A stretch of 44,944 nt of DNA from Armatimonadota bacterium (GCA_016235455.1 JACRKZ010000135.1:1-44944), one strand, 5' to 3'. Counted from the stretch's first letter, positions 8,822-18,981 are shown. The notes: generated by a model from the sequence alone, not told the origin. Made by a program: numbers and translations.

Positions 8822-11398
8822 ATGGCCATCCTGGCGTTGTTGTGCTCACTGGTCCAAGCCGATGCCGGCGCCTGGCAGGTGCGGTACGCCCAGCAGGCCG
8901 ACCAGACGCCCGAGTGGACCGCGGCCGGCTACCTGCCGACCTGGCAAGTGAACTGGGTCGACCGAGACAGGCCCGAGGTCACCTGGCAGGAGCCGGCCGA
9001 CGGTCGCTGTCGCGGCTTCCTGCTCCTGGCCCGTCGCTGGACCGTGCCCGACCCCGCACCCCGCGAAGTCGAGGTCAAACTGGCCTATCGCACCGCCTGT
9101 GCGTTGCCCGAGCGCAGCGGCAGCCTGTCCGTCTTCGCGGTGACCGAGGCCGCCTGGGAAGAGCTGCCGACACAGCCAGCGCGGGCTGCCGGCCTTAATT
9201 GGGCGGCGTTGCCCGGCGTGGTCGCCACCACGGCCATCCGCGGTCAGGGCGATGACGCGGCCGAATGGACGACGGCCGAGCCAGCCGTGCTGACCGGGAA
9301 CTGGGCACGCCTGGCCGGCCAGACGGTACGCCTGGGCGTGGCTTGGGGCTGCGCACATTTCACGGCGATGGAGACCGGCGGGCTCCGCGATGTGGTGGTC
9401 AATGCCATCGACGAGCAGGGGCAGCGGGCGCGCCTGTTCGAGCGACTGGACCTCGACCGGGCCGAGCTGGCGGCGGTGCGCGCCGCATGGCGAGCGGGAC
9501 GGCGGGCCGAGGCCGAGGCCGCCTTGGCGGCTCACTACCGACAGCGGCGCCGGCCCGTGCTGGGCCGGCCGTTGACGCCGGCCACCGACAAGGAGATCGT
9601 CGCGGCGGACGAGGTGCTGGCCCGCACCTACCGGCTGGCCGGCTGCCCGGCTTACACCTTCGCTGGGCAGGTCGTCTGGAACGCCGATCCGTTCAACTAC
9701 GACCAGTGGGCGATTGCCCTCAACCGGCACTTTGAGTGGCGGCGGTTGGCCTCGGCCTGGCTGACCACCAAAGACGACAAGTACGCCCGCGAGTGGCGCG
9801 ACCAGGTGCGTGACTGGGTGGCCAAGATGCCCGTCATCATCGAGCCAAAGTGGATCGAGGGCCCGTACGACGATACCTCCCACGGGGCGCTCTCACTGGA
9901 TGCGGGCATCCGCATGGGCCAGAGCTGGTTCCAGTCGTTCGAGGTGCTCAAGCGGTCGCCCGTGGTGGACGACGAGACGCTGTTGACCTTCATCGCCAGT
10001 TGCCTGCGCCATGCCGACTACCTGATGGCACCGGCGCACTTCAAGCACGGCAGCAATTGGGGCTGCATGGAGTCCAACGGGCTGTACCACCTCGGCGTCA
10101 TGCTGCCCGAGTTCCGCGAGGCCGCGCTCTGGCGCGACACAGCGGCGCGGCGGATGGCCGGCGAACTCGACTACCAGGTCTACCCCGATGGCGCGCAGGT
10201 GGAACTGGCGCCCGGCTACCATGGCGTCTCGCTGTCCAACTTCCTGGGCGTGCTCTACCTGGCGCGCGCCAACGGTGACACGCTGCCCGAGAGCTACGTG
10301 CGCGGCCTGGAGCGGATGTTCGAGTACTACGTGAAGATCGCCAGCCCCGACCTGCGCTATCCGCCCCTCAACGACAGCGGCGCCGCGACCGCGCTGGGGA
10401 TCATGGCCGATGGCATCGAGCTGTTCCCGAACAACGCCGCGCTGCGCTGGTACCAATCCAACCGCGCCGCGGGCCAGCCGCCAGCCGAGACGTCGCTCGC
10501 CATGCCCTGGGCGGGCTGGGTGGTCATGCGCTCCGACTGGTCCGCCCAAGCGCGCTGGCTGCTGTTTGGCGCAGGACCGTTCGGCACGGGGCATCAACAC
10601 GAGGACAAGCTGGGCCTGCTGGTCCAGGCCGACGGCCAGCCGCTGCTGGGTGAGGCGGGCATCTACGCTTACGATACCAGCGCCTGGCGCCGCTATGTGC
10701 TGAGCACACGCGCCCACAGCACCGTACGCGTGGACGGCCGCGACCAGAACTGTGCCGCCGACCGCGCCGAGTACCGGGCCGCGGCGGCCGACACCCATGG
10801 TTTCCAGACGAACACACTGTTCGACTACGCACGCGACAGCCACACCGCCGGTTACGGCACGCCGCCCGACAAGTCGGTGGTGCATCGGCGGCGCGTGCTG
10901 TTCATCAAGCCCGTCTATTGGCTGGTGGTCGATGATCTGGCCGCGGCCGACGCCAGGCCGCATGTCGCCGAGGCGCAGTTCCTGTTCGACGCACCGAGCG
11001 CGCAGGCGCTACCCGACGGCACCGTGCTCGGCGCCGCCGGCGCCAAGGGCGTGCGGCTGGCCGTCGTGCCGCTGGAGGCGGGCGCCGCGCCGCGTATCGT
11101 GCTGGGCCAGAAAGAACCCGAGGTGCTCGGGTTCATCGCCGAAGGCTTCGAGCGCCTGCGGCCGGCGCCGGCCGTGCTCTACACCGTGCCGTTCACCGGC
11201 ACTGCAACCCGTACCTGGGCGCTCGTGCCGTTCACCGGCGAGGTGCCGCCGGTCGCGGTCCGCCGCGGCACCACGACGGAACTCGACTGGGCCACGCGCG
11301 ACAAACACCGCGTCACCGTCACGCCGACCTCGCTGGCCGTCGAGACGGGGCGAGGCCGGATCGAGATCGCCGAGCCAAACATGACACCCAAAGGCTGA
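8822..11398 (+). CDS. Heparinase II/III-family polysaccharide lyase-like protein, probably secreted
   Basis: Start ATG 8822 (GGGAG RBS, short hydrophobic leader). Motifs: LNRHFEW, SNWGCMES, QVYPDGAQVELAPGYH, PPLNDS, GWVVMRSDW, GHQHEDKL, STRAHSTVRVDGRDQ, HRRRVLF...LVVDDL. Confidence 0.8.
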   Translation: MAILALLCSLVQADAGAWQVRYAQQADQTPEWTAAGYLPTWQVNWVDRDRPEVTWQEPADGRCRGFLLLARRWTVPDPAPREVEVKLAYRTACALPERSGSLSVFAVTEAAWEELPTQPARAAGLNWAALPGVVATTAIRGQGDDAAEWTTAEPAVLTGNWARLAGQTVRLGVAWGCAHFTAMETGGLRDVVVNAIDEQGQRARLFERLDLDRAELAAVRAAWRAGRRAEAEAALAAHYRQRRRPVLGRPLTPATDKEIVAADEVLARTYRLAGCPAYTFAGQVVWNADPFNYDQWAIALNRHFEWRRLASAWLTTKDDKYAREWRDQVRDWVAKMPVIIEPKWIEGPYDDTSHGALSLDAGIRMGQSWFQSFEVLKRSPVVDDETLLTFIASCLRHADYLMAPAHFKHGSNWGCMESNGLYHLGVMLPEFREAALWRDTAARRMAGELDYQVYPDGAQVELAPGYHGVSLSNFLGVLYLARANGDTLPESYVRGLERMFEYYVKIASPDLRYPPLNDSGAATALGIMADGIELFPNNAALRWYQSNRAAGQPPAETSLAMPWAGWVVMRSDWSAQARWLLFGAGPFGTGHQHEDKLGLLVQADGQPLLGEAGIYAYDTSAWRRYVLSTRAHSTVRVDGRDQNCAADRAEYRAAAADTHGFQTNTLFDYARDSHTAGYGTPPDKSVVHRRRVLFIKPVYWLVVDDLAAADARPHVAEAQFLFDAPSAQALPDGTVLGAAGAKGVRLAVVPLEAGAAPRIVLGQKEPEVLGFIAEGFERLRPAPAVLYTVPFTGTATRTWALVPFTGEVPPVAVRRGTTTELDWATRDKHRVTVTPTSLAVETGRGRIEIAEPNMTPKG

Positions 11399-11466
11399 GG
11401 CAGGAAGGATCCGTCGACCCGCGAGCCAAGGAACAGCGCAAGCGGGAAGCCGCTGGAGGTGTGGCC

Positions 11467-12489
11467 ATGGTGCCTTGGCGCCTGTGTATGGTGGCAGCGC
11501 TCTGCTCATCCGCGTGCTGCGTCGCGCAGCCTGCCCAGCCGATTGCGCTGACCAAGTGGTACCCCGGCCACTACCTGACCTTGGCGCTCACCCAGAAGGC
11601 CGAGCGCTGGGCGCAGATAAAGGATCAGCCCAGCTTCGCGGGCGGCCAGCGCATCGTCACCTGGCGGCAACTGGAGCCTGAGGCGGGCCGGTACGACTTC
11701 ACCGCCATCGAAGCCGACCTCGCCTACCTGCGTGCGCAGCGCCAGCGGCTGGTCCTAGAGGTGTGGGACAACTCCTTCGACGGCCGGCTGATGCCCGTGC
11801 CCGACTACCTGCTCACGCCGGAGTACGGTGGCGGCATCGCCCGCGAGGCCCGTGGCCAGGAGCCGCCGCGCGTGGTGCGTACCAAGCGCTGGCTGCCGCG
11901 AGTGATGGACCGTTACCTGCTGCTGCTGGCCGCATTGGGTCAACGGTTCGACGCCGACCCCGACTTCGCCGGATTCGTCCATACCGAGACCGCGATGAGC
12001 GGCAAGGGGCCGGGCTTCGAGGACTTCGATGCCGCGGCCTACGATGCCCAGATGAGGCGGCTCGTGGTGGCCAGTCGACAGGCGTTCCCCCGCACACCGG
12101 TCATCGAGTATGGCAACTGGTACCCCTACCGCGGCAGCCAAGGGCTGACCGACCTGGCCAAGCTGGCGCGCGAGCAAGGCGTCGGCTGGGGCGGACCGGA
12201 TCTGCTACCCGGCAACACGATCTGGGGCTATCCGATCCTGCGCGCCAACGCCGGGCAGATGCCGCTGGCGCTCTCGGCGCAGTGGGCTTCGTACGACGGC
12301 AAGTCGACGGCCCAGCAGCTTCTCGACCTGGCCATCGGTGAGATGAAGCTCAACTTCGTGTTCTGGGGCGACTTCAACCGGCGCGGCACCGGTGGTCTGT
12401 CGTTCGCCCAGGATGTGCTGCCGACGGTCAGCGCCAGCACCGCGACGCTGGTACTGGCGCGACCGGCGAACCTGGATGCGGTACCCTGA
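11467..12489 (+). CDS. Secreted TIM-barrel glycoside hydrolase-like protein (GH42/clan-A-like)
   Basis: Signal peptide and GGAGGT RBS at 11455. Motifs: KWYPGHY, WRQLEPEAGRYDF, VPDYL, LGQRFDADP...HTETA, GWGGPD. Confidence 0.55.
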   Translation: MVPWRLCMVAALCSSACCVAQPAQPIALTKWYPGHYLTLALTQKAERWAQIKDQPSFAGGQRIVTWRQLEPEAGRYDFTAIEADLAYLRAQRQRLVLEVWDNSFDGRLMPVPDYLLTPEYGGGIAREARGQEPPRVVRTKRWLPRVMDRYLLLLAALGQRFDADPDFAGFVHTETAMSGKGPGFEDFDAAAYDAQMRRLVVASRQAFPRTPVIEYGNWYPYRGSQGLTDLAKLAREQGVGWGGPDLLPGNTIWGYPILRANAGQMPLALSAQWASYDGKSTAQQLLDLAIGEMKLNFVFWGDFNRRGTGGLSFAQDVLPTVSASTATLVLARPANLDAVP

Positions 12490-12496
12490 CCCACGC

Positions 12497-14851
12497 CTAC
12501 GGCGCGGCTTGGCCCTTGCTCGGCACGCGCGCTGCCAGCGACTTGCCCTCGGCGCTGACCCAAGGCCCGCCGAACCGCCCGCGCTGCGCCGCCGCGGGCA
12601 CCAGCCGCGCATCGGCGAAGCTACCACCGGCAGGGATCTCCGTCTCGACGAACATGCCGTCGGCGGCCATGGCCAGCGTGGCCTGCTCGGGGTGCGGCGC
12701 GATGCTGCCATCGGCGTTCACGGTGAAACGCCAGGTGCGCACGGGCCGCTGCTGGTGCAGGTACTGCACCTCCCAGCGGCCGGGATGATCCTCGAGCACG
12801 ACATAGCCTGGCGCCTTCTCGGCACCCCAGGTCACCGGCAGGCGTGAACTGAGCCGGCAGAAGCGCAGTTCCTCGAAGTAGGACCCGGCGCCGCCACGCG
12901 GGTCGGGCTTGGCCCACGAACTGTGCGTCACCACCGCGTTGGCCTCGACGCCGGTGCGCACCTTGTCGTCGGTCAGCGTCAGGCGCTGGCCGTCCACGCT
13001 GATGCGGCAGTAGCCCTCGTTGGCCAGATGCCAGCCCGCGTCGGTCGGCGACAGGTGCCAGACGATGTTCAGCGCGTTGTCGCGCGAGGTGTTGGGCGCG
13101 AAGTCGTAGGCGGGGTCACGGCCGTCGATCTTGAGCAGCGCGCTCGACAGCGCATCGGCGTGATGGTCCAGATAGTAGTGCTCGGCATCGGCCTGCGGCG
13201 TGTTGCGGCTGCCGCGCACGCGGGTGACCTTGCCCACCACGATGTGCTGCACGGCCACCTGGGACTCCGCGCCAGCCGCCGACCGATGGTACAGCTCGAC
13301 CTCGACCGGTCCGGTCGCCGTGAACAGCGTCGGGTTGATCGGCGGGAAGGTGACCGCCAGGCCGCGCTGGCTCCGCTCGGCGCTGGCCAGGAACCCGCCC
13401 AGCTCCTTGCCCGGCACGGTGAGCCGCACGCGGAAGGTGTCGCGCGGGCCGACATCGCCCAGGACCCGCGCCGATCCGTGCAGGCTCCAGCCCTTGGCAT
13501 ACGGCTTGCCGTCGCGTGTGTCCTCGTGCGTCTTGACCTCCAGCCACAGGCCCGCGGCATCCAGCCGAGGCGCGGCCGTCGGCGTCGGCGCGGCGCCAGC
13601 GGGCCCCGCGGCAGTGGTCACCGTCGCGGCCGGCCCACCGACGCCGGCGGCCGTGTTGCGATCAGGCACTCGCGCCGCGGAAGCCTGCATGTCGGGCGTG
13701 GTCCAGGCGCGGCCATAGAACGCGCCGCGCTTGGCCTCGTCGGGCGAGAGTCGCGCATCGAGAATCGACCCGCCACCGGGGATGACCGTCTCGCACAGCG
13801 TCGCGTCGGGACAGAAGTTGGCCGGCGCCAACTGCAGGCCGGCGGCTTCCTCGGGATGCTGGGCGATGTGGCCGTCAGGCTGGACGCGGAAGCGCCACGT
13901 GCGCAGCACATTGGTGCCCTGCACCCAGGTCACTTCCCACGCGCCGGGATGGTCGTCGATCGCGGTCCAGTCGGCGCGCCGGCCGCGGTCGCCGTCCTTG
14001 CCCCAGGTCAACGGCAACACCACGTAGTACTGCCGGCTGGCGAAGGCGGTGCGGTCCAAGGGGCCGGTCTTCGACGCGGGCACGCTGGTCGCCTCGGCGC
14101 GCTCCTGTCGGTCACTGGTGAACCCGCCGACCACCTCGTCGTGCGCCAGCCGCAGCGGCTGGCCGTCCACGGTGACCACGGCATGGCTCATGTGCGCTGG
14201 ATTGTCGAACAGCTCGGGCGCATGGGTGAACAGCACTTCGACCACATTGTGGTCGTAGCGCTGGCTGTTGTCCCACACATAGGACGGATCGCGCGGCCAG
14301 CGGCGATGGATGATGCTGGCCAGCACCTCGCCGCCGCGCGCCAGGTAATAGACCGGCGCATCGGGCGACGGATTGGACCCCGAGCCCGAGAAGCGCGCCA
14401 CCCGGCGCACATCCAGCGTGTAGGTGCGTAGCAACGTCTCCTCGTCGGTGTCGCCATTGATCAGGTAGACCTTGACCGGCACCAGCCCCACGGCGGGAAT
14501 GACCACGTCAGTGTTGCGCAGCCCGACAATGACCAGGCAGGCGTTCTTGCCGTTGGCGTCAGGATAGACCTGGCCCTGGAACTGGTACACGCCAACCTTG
14601 CCGCCCGGCGGCTCAACGACGACCTTGAAGGCACTGCGGTTGGGGATGGGCCCCCAGGCCCGCAGGTTGCTGAGCAGCGACCAGCCGTCGCTGACCGGCT
14701 GGCCGCCGCGCACCGCGCGATGGCTGGTCAGCGAGAACCAGGTGTAGCCGTCGTCGAGATAGACGCCGTCGCCGGCCTGCGCGGACGCCCCGCCGGCGGC
14801 CCCCAACAGCGCGCAGCAGACCCAGACCAGCCCGCACAGTCGCCCCAACAT
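12497..14851 (-). CDS. Secreted hypothetical protein built from two tandem copies of a ~350-aa domain
   Basis: Start ATG 14851 (GGAGGG RBS, signal peptide ending ASA-QA). The two halves align clearly and are joined by an Ala/Pro/Thr linker. Confidence 0.75.
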   Translation of the reverse strand: MLGRLCGLVWVCCALLGAAGGASAQAGDGVYLDDGYTWFSLTSHRAVRGGQPVSDGWSLLSNLRAWGPIPNRSAFKVVVEPPGGKVGVYQFQGQVYPDANGKNACLVIVGLRNTDVVIPAVGLVPVKVYLINGDTDEETLLRTYTLDVRRVARFSGSGSNPSPDAPVYYLARGGEVLASIIHRRWPRDPSYVWDNSQRYDHNVVEVLFTHAPELFDNPAHMSHAVVTVDGQPLRLAHDEVVGGFTSDRQERAEATSVPASKTGPLDRTAFASRQYYVVLPLTWGKDGDRGRRADWTAIDDHPGAWEVTWVQGTNVLRTWRFRVQPDGHIAQHPEEAAGLQLAPANFCPDATLCETVIPGGGSILDARLSPDEAKRGAFYGRAWTTPDMQASAARVPDRNTAAGVGGPAATVTTAAGPAGAAPTPTAAPRLDAAGLWLEVKTHEDTRDGKPYAKGWSLHGSARVLGDVGPRDTFRVRLTVPGKELGGFLASAERSQRGLAVTFPPINPTLFTATGPVEVELYHRSAAGAESQVAVQHIVVGKVTRVRGSRNTPQADAEHYYLDHHADALSSALLKIDGRDPAYDFAPNTSRDNALNIVWHLSPTDAGWHLANEGYCRISVDGQRLTLTDDKVRTGVEANAVVTHSSWAKPDPRGGAGSYFEELRFCRLSSRLPVTWGAEKAPGYVVLEDHPGRWEVQYLHQQRPVRTWRFTVNADGSIAPHPEQATLAMAADGMFVETEIPAGGSFADARLVPAAAQRGRFGGPWVSAEGKSLAARVPSKGQAAP

Positions 14852-14942
14852 TCGTGGTCCCTCCTCGGCACGCAGGCCTTGGCCGGCCTGCGATGCATCG
14901 TTATGGGACCCGCGGATGCTTTTGTCCGCGACACAATCGGGG

Positions 14943-16499
14943 CTACGGCGCGTCGGCGGGCTCGGCCAGGAGCGCCGCGATGTGATCGCCAAACAGCTTC
15001 TCGCCGCCGGCGCCTTCCCAGTTCAGTTCGCCATACCACCAACTGCGCACATATCCGGCCTTGTCGATCAGGTAGACCGATGGCCAGGTGTGGTTGGCCC
15101 AGGCATCCCAGTTGGCCTTGTCGTTGTCCACGGCCACCAGGTAGTCCACCTTCTGCTCGTCCAGGCCCTTGCGCACGTTGGCCTGGTCGCGCTCACCCTC
15201 GGTCTCGGGAGTATGGATGCCCAGCACAACGACGTCCTTGCCCACAAAGCGCTGGCGCCAGCCGAGGACCGGCGGCTGGTTGTGCACGCAGTTCACGCAG
15301 CCCACGGTGAAGAACTGCACCACCACCACCTTGCCGCGCAGCGCGGCCAGCGTGGTGGCCTCGCCATTGAGCCAATTGGTCACGCCGCGCAACTCGGGCG
15401 CCTTGGCGAAGCGCGTGTGGGCGCTGGAGAAGTCGAACGCTTTGCCGCCGAGCCGGCCGTAGGCCAGGTTCTGCTCGGGCCCGAGCAGGGCCAGCAGCCG
15501 ATTGCGCTGGTTGGTCAGGTACTCGGTGACGCGCGCGTCGAGCCCGGCGGAGCCGGCCTCCTTGGCGCGCATGACCCGCTCGCCCTCGCGCGTGGCGGCG
15601 CGCATCTGGCCGATGCGCTTGAGCTGCTCGGCGGTCAGCTTGAGCTGCTCAGCCACGCGCGGCGCCAGCAAGGCGTCGAGCGCGCGCGCCTGCGCGGCGA
15701 TCTGGTCGAGACGAATGCGCTGCTCTGGGCGCAGCACCTGGCGCACGTCGACTTCGACCTGGTCGACCAGCGCCCAGGCTTCGGCCGCCGCATCGGGCTT
15801 GACCAACTGCGTATCGCGCAGCTTCCAGAGCGCGCTGTCGCAGGCGTCGAGCACCTTGGCCACGGCCGCCTGCTGGTCGGCGTCAAGCGCGAGTTCGCGG
15901 AGCACCAACGGCTCGCGTAGCGACAGCAGCAGGCCGTCGGACAACGCGTCGCCGCGCGGCTCGCGGAAGACCTTGTTGATCAGCAGCGCATCGGACAGCC
16001 GCGCGCGGAACTCCTTGATGGGCAGCCGGTCGGCGGCATCGCGCGCCTCGTAGCGGAACATCTCCTCACCAGCGGAATCCAGCGCGATGATCGCCGGATG
16101 CACCGAGGTCTGGCCGCGGTAGCGATAGTCGTCGACCAGGCCGAACTGCTTGGCCACGGCGTAGTCTGCATCGCGGAAGACCAGCCGGCTGGCGACGGCG
16201 CTGAGGCGGTTGGCCCAGTCGTTCAGCACGTCGCCGCTGTCGGCTTTGAGGAAGACATGCGCCACGCCGGGCATGGTCTTGGCCAGGGCCAGGTAGTCAC
16301 GGATCTCGTTGCGGTCCTCGGTGACGTCACCGCGCAGCAGCCAGTGCAGCACCACGACCCGGCCGCGCTGGTGCCCCAGCACAAACGGCGGCCCGCCCAC
16401 CGCCGCGGGCAAGGTGAAGTCGACCGGATTGGCGGCCTGCGCCGAGGTCAGGGCCAAGGCGACGACAGCACAGCAACGAGCCAGCTTAGCCAGGCGCAT
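14943..16499 (-). CDS. Secreted double redoxin protein: Cys-less AhpC/TSA-like domain, helical Spy/CpxP-like region, and TlpA/DipZ-like thioredoxin
   Basis: Start ATG 16499 (GGAG RBS, signal peptide to AQA). C-terminal APEL...WLN...LRGKVVVVQFFTVGCVNC...GIHTPE...VAVDND...WPSVYLIDK...YGE. Middle has LKLTAEQ / LLGPEQ helical repeats. Confidence 0.8.
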   Translation of the reverse strand: MRLAKLARCCAVVALALTSAQAANPVDFTLPAAVGGPPFVLGHQRGRVVVLHWLLRGDVTEDRNEIRDYLALAKTMPGVAHVFLKADSGDVLNDWANRLSAVASRLVFRDADYAVAKQFGLVDDYRYRGQTSVHPAIIALDSAGEEMFRYEARDAADRLPIKEFRARLSDALLINKVFREPRGDALSDGLLLSLREPLVLRELALDADQQAAVAKVLDACDSALWKLRDTQLVKPDAAAEAWALVDQVEVDVRQVLRPEQRIRLDQIAAQARALDALLAPRVAEQLKLTAEQLKRIGQMRAATREGERVMRAKEAGSAGLDARVTEYLTNQRNRLLALLGPEQNLAYGRLGGKAFDFSSAHTRFAKAPELRGVTNWLNGEATTLAALRGKVVVVQFFTVGCVNCVHNQPPVLGWRQRFVGKDVVVLGIHTPETEGERDQANVRKGLDEQKVDYLVAVDNDKANWDAWANHTWPSVYLIDKAGYVRSWWYGELNWEGAGGEKLFGDHIAALLAEPADAP

Positions 16500-16515
16500 C
16501 ACGAGACTCCGCGCT

Positions 16516-16559
16516 TCGGGGCTGGTCGGGCCGCCCGAGGGTGGCACGCCCAGCCCCGA
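16516..16559. repeat. Nested intergenic hairpin (REP-like)
   Basis: Outer arms tcggggctgg (16516-16525) and ccagccccga (16550-16559). Inner arms gccgccc and gggtggc. Confidence 0.45.
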
Positions 16560-16581
16560 TCCGCTCATATCGAGCTACTAC

Positions 16582-18981
16582 TCACTCGGTGACGATAGCG
16601 TGCACATCGATGCTGCCCGCGCGCACCTCGACGAACGGATGGCCATCACGGCGGCCGACCAGCCCGTAGCCCGTCGCGGTGCTCAGGAAGCAGGCGAAGT
16701 CGCCCTCCAGGGCCGGCTTCAGGTACAGTGTGCGATCGATCGCGTCGTAGCGCGCCCCGCTGAGCGACTGCAGCAGCGCATAGCTGGCCAAGGCGCGAGC
16801 ATACCAGTGGCCGCACTCATACTCATTGAACGGGTTGCGCACGCGGCCGTCGTAGCGGTCGCGGCAGACGCGCACCACTTCCAGCCCGGCATCGAGCTGG
16901 CCCGTGAGGATGAGGTGCGACGCCACCTGGTACTCGATGCCGGTCCAGACCTCATCCGAGTAGACCATCGGCAGCGCCAACTCACCACCCTTGGGCCACG
17001 AGCAGAGCAGCAGGCCGCCCTCGTCGCCACAGGCGAAGGTCGGGCGCTGCGGGTTGGCGTGGTCGCTCAGGTCGCGCTTGAGGTTGTAGCGATGCACCGC
17101 GCCCAGGTGGCTGGCCACCTTGTCCGCGTCGAGCACCTGACCCACACCGCACACCGCCGCCATCCACTCGCCCAGCACGCCATCGGACAGGCAGCCCAGG
17201 CCGTACTGGTACTTGGGGCCTTCCTTGGCCAGGATGGCCAGCGCCTCGGCCGAGTAGGCCCCGCCGTAGCTGGACACCTGGGTCGGGTCGGGCGCGCGCA
17301 GGCCGGTCCACTGCACCTTCTGGATGAAGTACTCGCCGTCGTACAGCTCGGTCTCGGTGCGCTCGATGCCCCGCGCGAGCAGCTCCGCGTACAGCGCCAC
17401 GTCGTCGTCCAGCGCCTCGCCCATGAGCACCGCGGCCCGCAGCGCGCCCAGGTAGAAGCTGGTGCACATGCCGTCGGGTCCCCAGAACTCGATGTCGTAG
17501 GTGTTGTGGTGTGGCTCCTCCAGCCAGCCGCGGCCCTCGGGATCCCAGGCTTCGATGCAGTAGTCGAGGCTGCGGCGCACGCTGGCCCACAGGCCTCGCA
17601 GCCACTCGGTGTCGCCGGCGATGCGCCAGTCACGATAGACCTTCAGAATGCCGCCGAGCTGGCCGTCGGCCGCGGCATGGAAGCCGTGCCCGATGACGCG
17701 GATAGGCAATGCCGCGCGAAAGCCCTGATGGCCGCGCTCGTCCTGGCACGGGCCGAACTCGGTCTCGCGCAGCGTGCGCTCCAGGGCCGGGAAGAGATGC
17801 GGGATGGCCTGTGCGTAGTTCCACACGTGGGTGCACGAGCCGTGGCAGCAGCCGTCGCGGTCGCCACAGCCCTCCCAGCCCCACAGCCGGCCATCGCTCT
17901 GGCGCAGCACCGTCGGCGACTTGAGAATGCCCAGGTTGGCCGACACCGCCTCGACCACCTCGGCCGGCAGAGTCGAGTCATAGAAGCAGTCGGCGAAGCA
18001 CTGCGAGTTGGCGCGCAGCCGCGCGTAGCTGTCCCGCCAGTAGGCATTGACGGCCTCGATGTCGGCGAACCGGCCGGCATACCACGGCACGTAGGCCGGG
18101 TCGGTGTCTGGCACACCCTCGGCGCGCTGGGTCGACTGGCCCACATACCAGGTCAGCCGCACGGTGATCGTGCGCGACTCGCCGGCGGCCAGCGCCAACG
18201 GCACTTGCAGCGACGCGCCCGGCGAGGCGGCACCGTCGCTGTACGGCGCGCGGTTCTCACAGCGACCAGCCTGAATATCGCGCCACAAGATGGTCAGCGG
18301 GTCGAACCAGCCACCGCGGAAGTAGGCGCAGTCGACGCACGTGTCGGGCTCGCTCACGGTCGCCGAGAAGGCCCCCTCGTCGTGGGGCTTGCCCTCGCCC
18401 GGCCCACCCCACAGCACGAACCCGCCCTCGACAGCGCGTACCGCCGAGGGGTTGCCCGAGACGGACATGAAGTTGCGCGCGTTGAACGAGAAGACCGCCT
18501 CCAGCGGTGCGCCGCTGGTGTTGGTGAAGGTGTATTCCAGCCCCACCGCGGGCAGGCTGGCGTTGTCGGCGTCGTTGGGCTCGAACGGGCTCCAGCCGGT
18601 GATGGTCGCCGTCAGCGGCAGTGAGCTGTCGCTCAGCGCAACCTCGCCAAACGGAAATCGCGCGCGGAAGGTCGCGCTTCTAAAGCGCGGCAGACCGAAT
18701 GATGTGCCACCCAGACCATTGGCCGCGCCGGGCGTGCCGTAGAGCTTCCAGGTGGGTACCGGGCCCTCGACCACGCGGGCGGTGTGGCGTTCGCCCTTGA
18801 TGCACACCGCGGCGAACATCAGCGGCTCATTGAACACATCGGGTCGATGCCGCAGGGACACATGAGACAACGCGCCGCTGCCCTCCAGGCAGATGGTGCC
18901 CGCGCCCATGCCACCCATGGGGAAGGCCACGCGGCTCAGCCGCTCACCCGAGTACTCGCCGTTGTAGGTCTTGTGCGCCAT
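16582..18981 (-). CDS. GH116 family (non-lysosomal glucosylceramidase-like) beta-glycosidase, no signal peptide
   Basis: Motifs: FPMGGMGAG, GWEGC...CCHGSCTHVWNYAQ, AADGQLG, HHNTYDIEFWG, GCLSDGVLGEW, YSDEVWTGIEY, RNPFNEYECGHWYARA. Confidence 0.9.
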   Translation of the reverse strand: MAHKTYNGEYSGERLSRVAFPMGGMGAGTICLEGSGALSHVSLRHRPDVFNEPLMFAAVCIKGERHTARVVEGPVPTWKLYGTPGAANGLGGTSFGLPRFRSATFRARFPFGEVALSDSSLPLTATITGWSPFEPNDADNASLPAVGLEYTFTNTSGAPLEAVFSFNARNFMSVSGNPSAVRAVEGGFVLWGGPGEGKPHDEGAFSATVSEPDTCVDCAYFRGGWFDPLTILWRDIQAGRCENRAPYSDGAASPGASLQVPLALAAGESRTITVRLTWYVGQSTQRAEGVPDTDPAYVPWYAGRFADIEAVNAYWRDSYARLRANSQCFADCFYDSTLPAEVVEAVSANLGILKSPTVLRQSDGRLWGWEGCGDRDGCCHGSCTHVWNYAQAIPHLFPALERTLRETEFGPCQDERGHQGFRAALPIRVIGHGFHAAADGQLGGILKVYRDWRIAGDTEWLRGLWASVRRSLDYCIEAWDPEGRGWLEEPHHNTYDIEFWGPDGMCTSFYLGALRAAVLMGEALDDDVALYAELLARGIERTETELYDGEYFIQKVQWTGLRAPDPTQVSSYGGAYSAEALAILAKEGPKYQYGLGCLSDGVLGEWMAAVCGVGQVLDADKVASHLGAVHRYNLKRDLSDHANPQRPTFACGDEGGLLLCSWPKGGELALPMVYSDEVWTGIEYQVASHLILTGQLDAGLEVVRVCRDRYDGRVRNPFNEYECGHWYARALASYALLQSLSGARYDAIDRTLYLKPALEGDFACFLSTATGYGLVGRRDGHPFVEVRAGSIDVHAIVTE

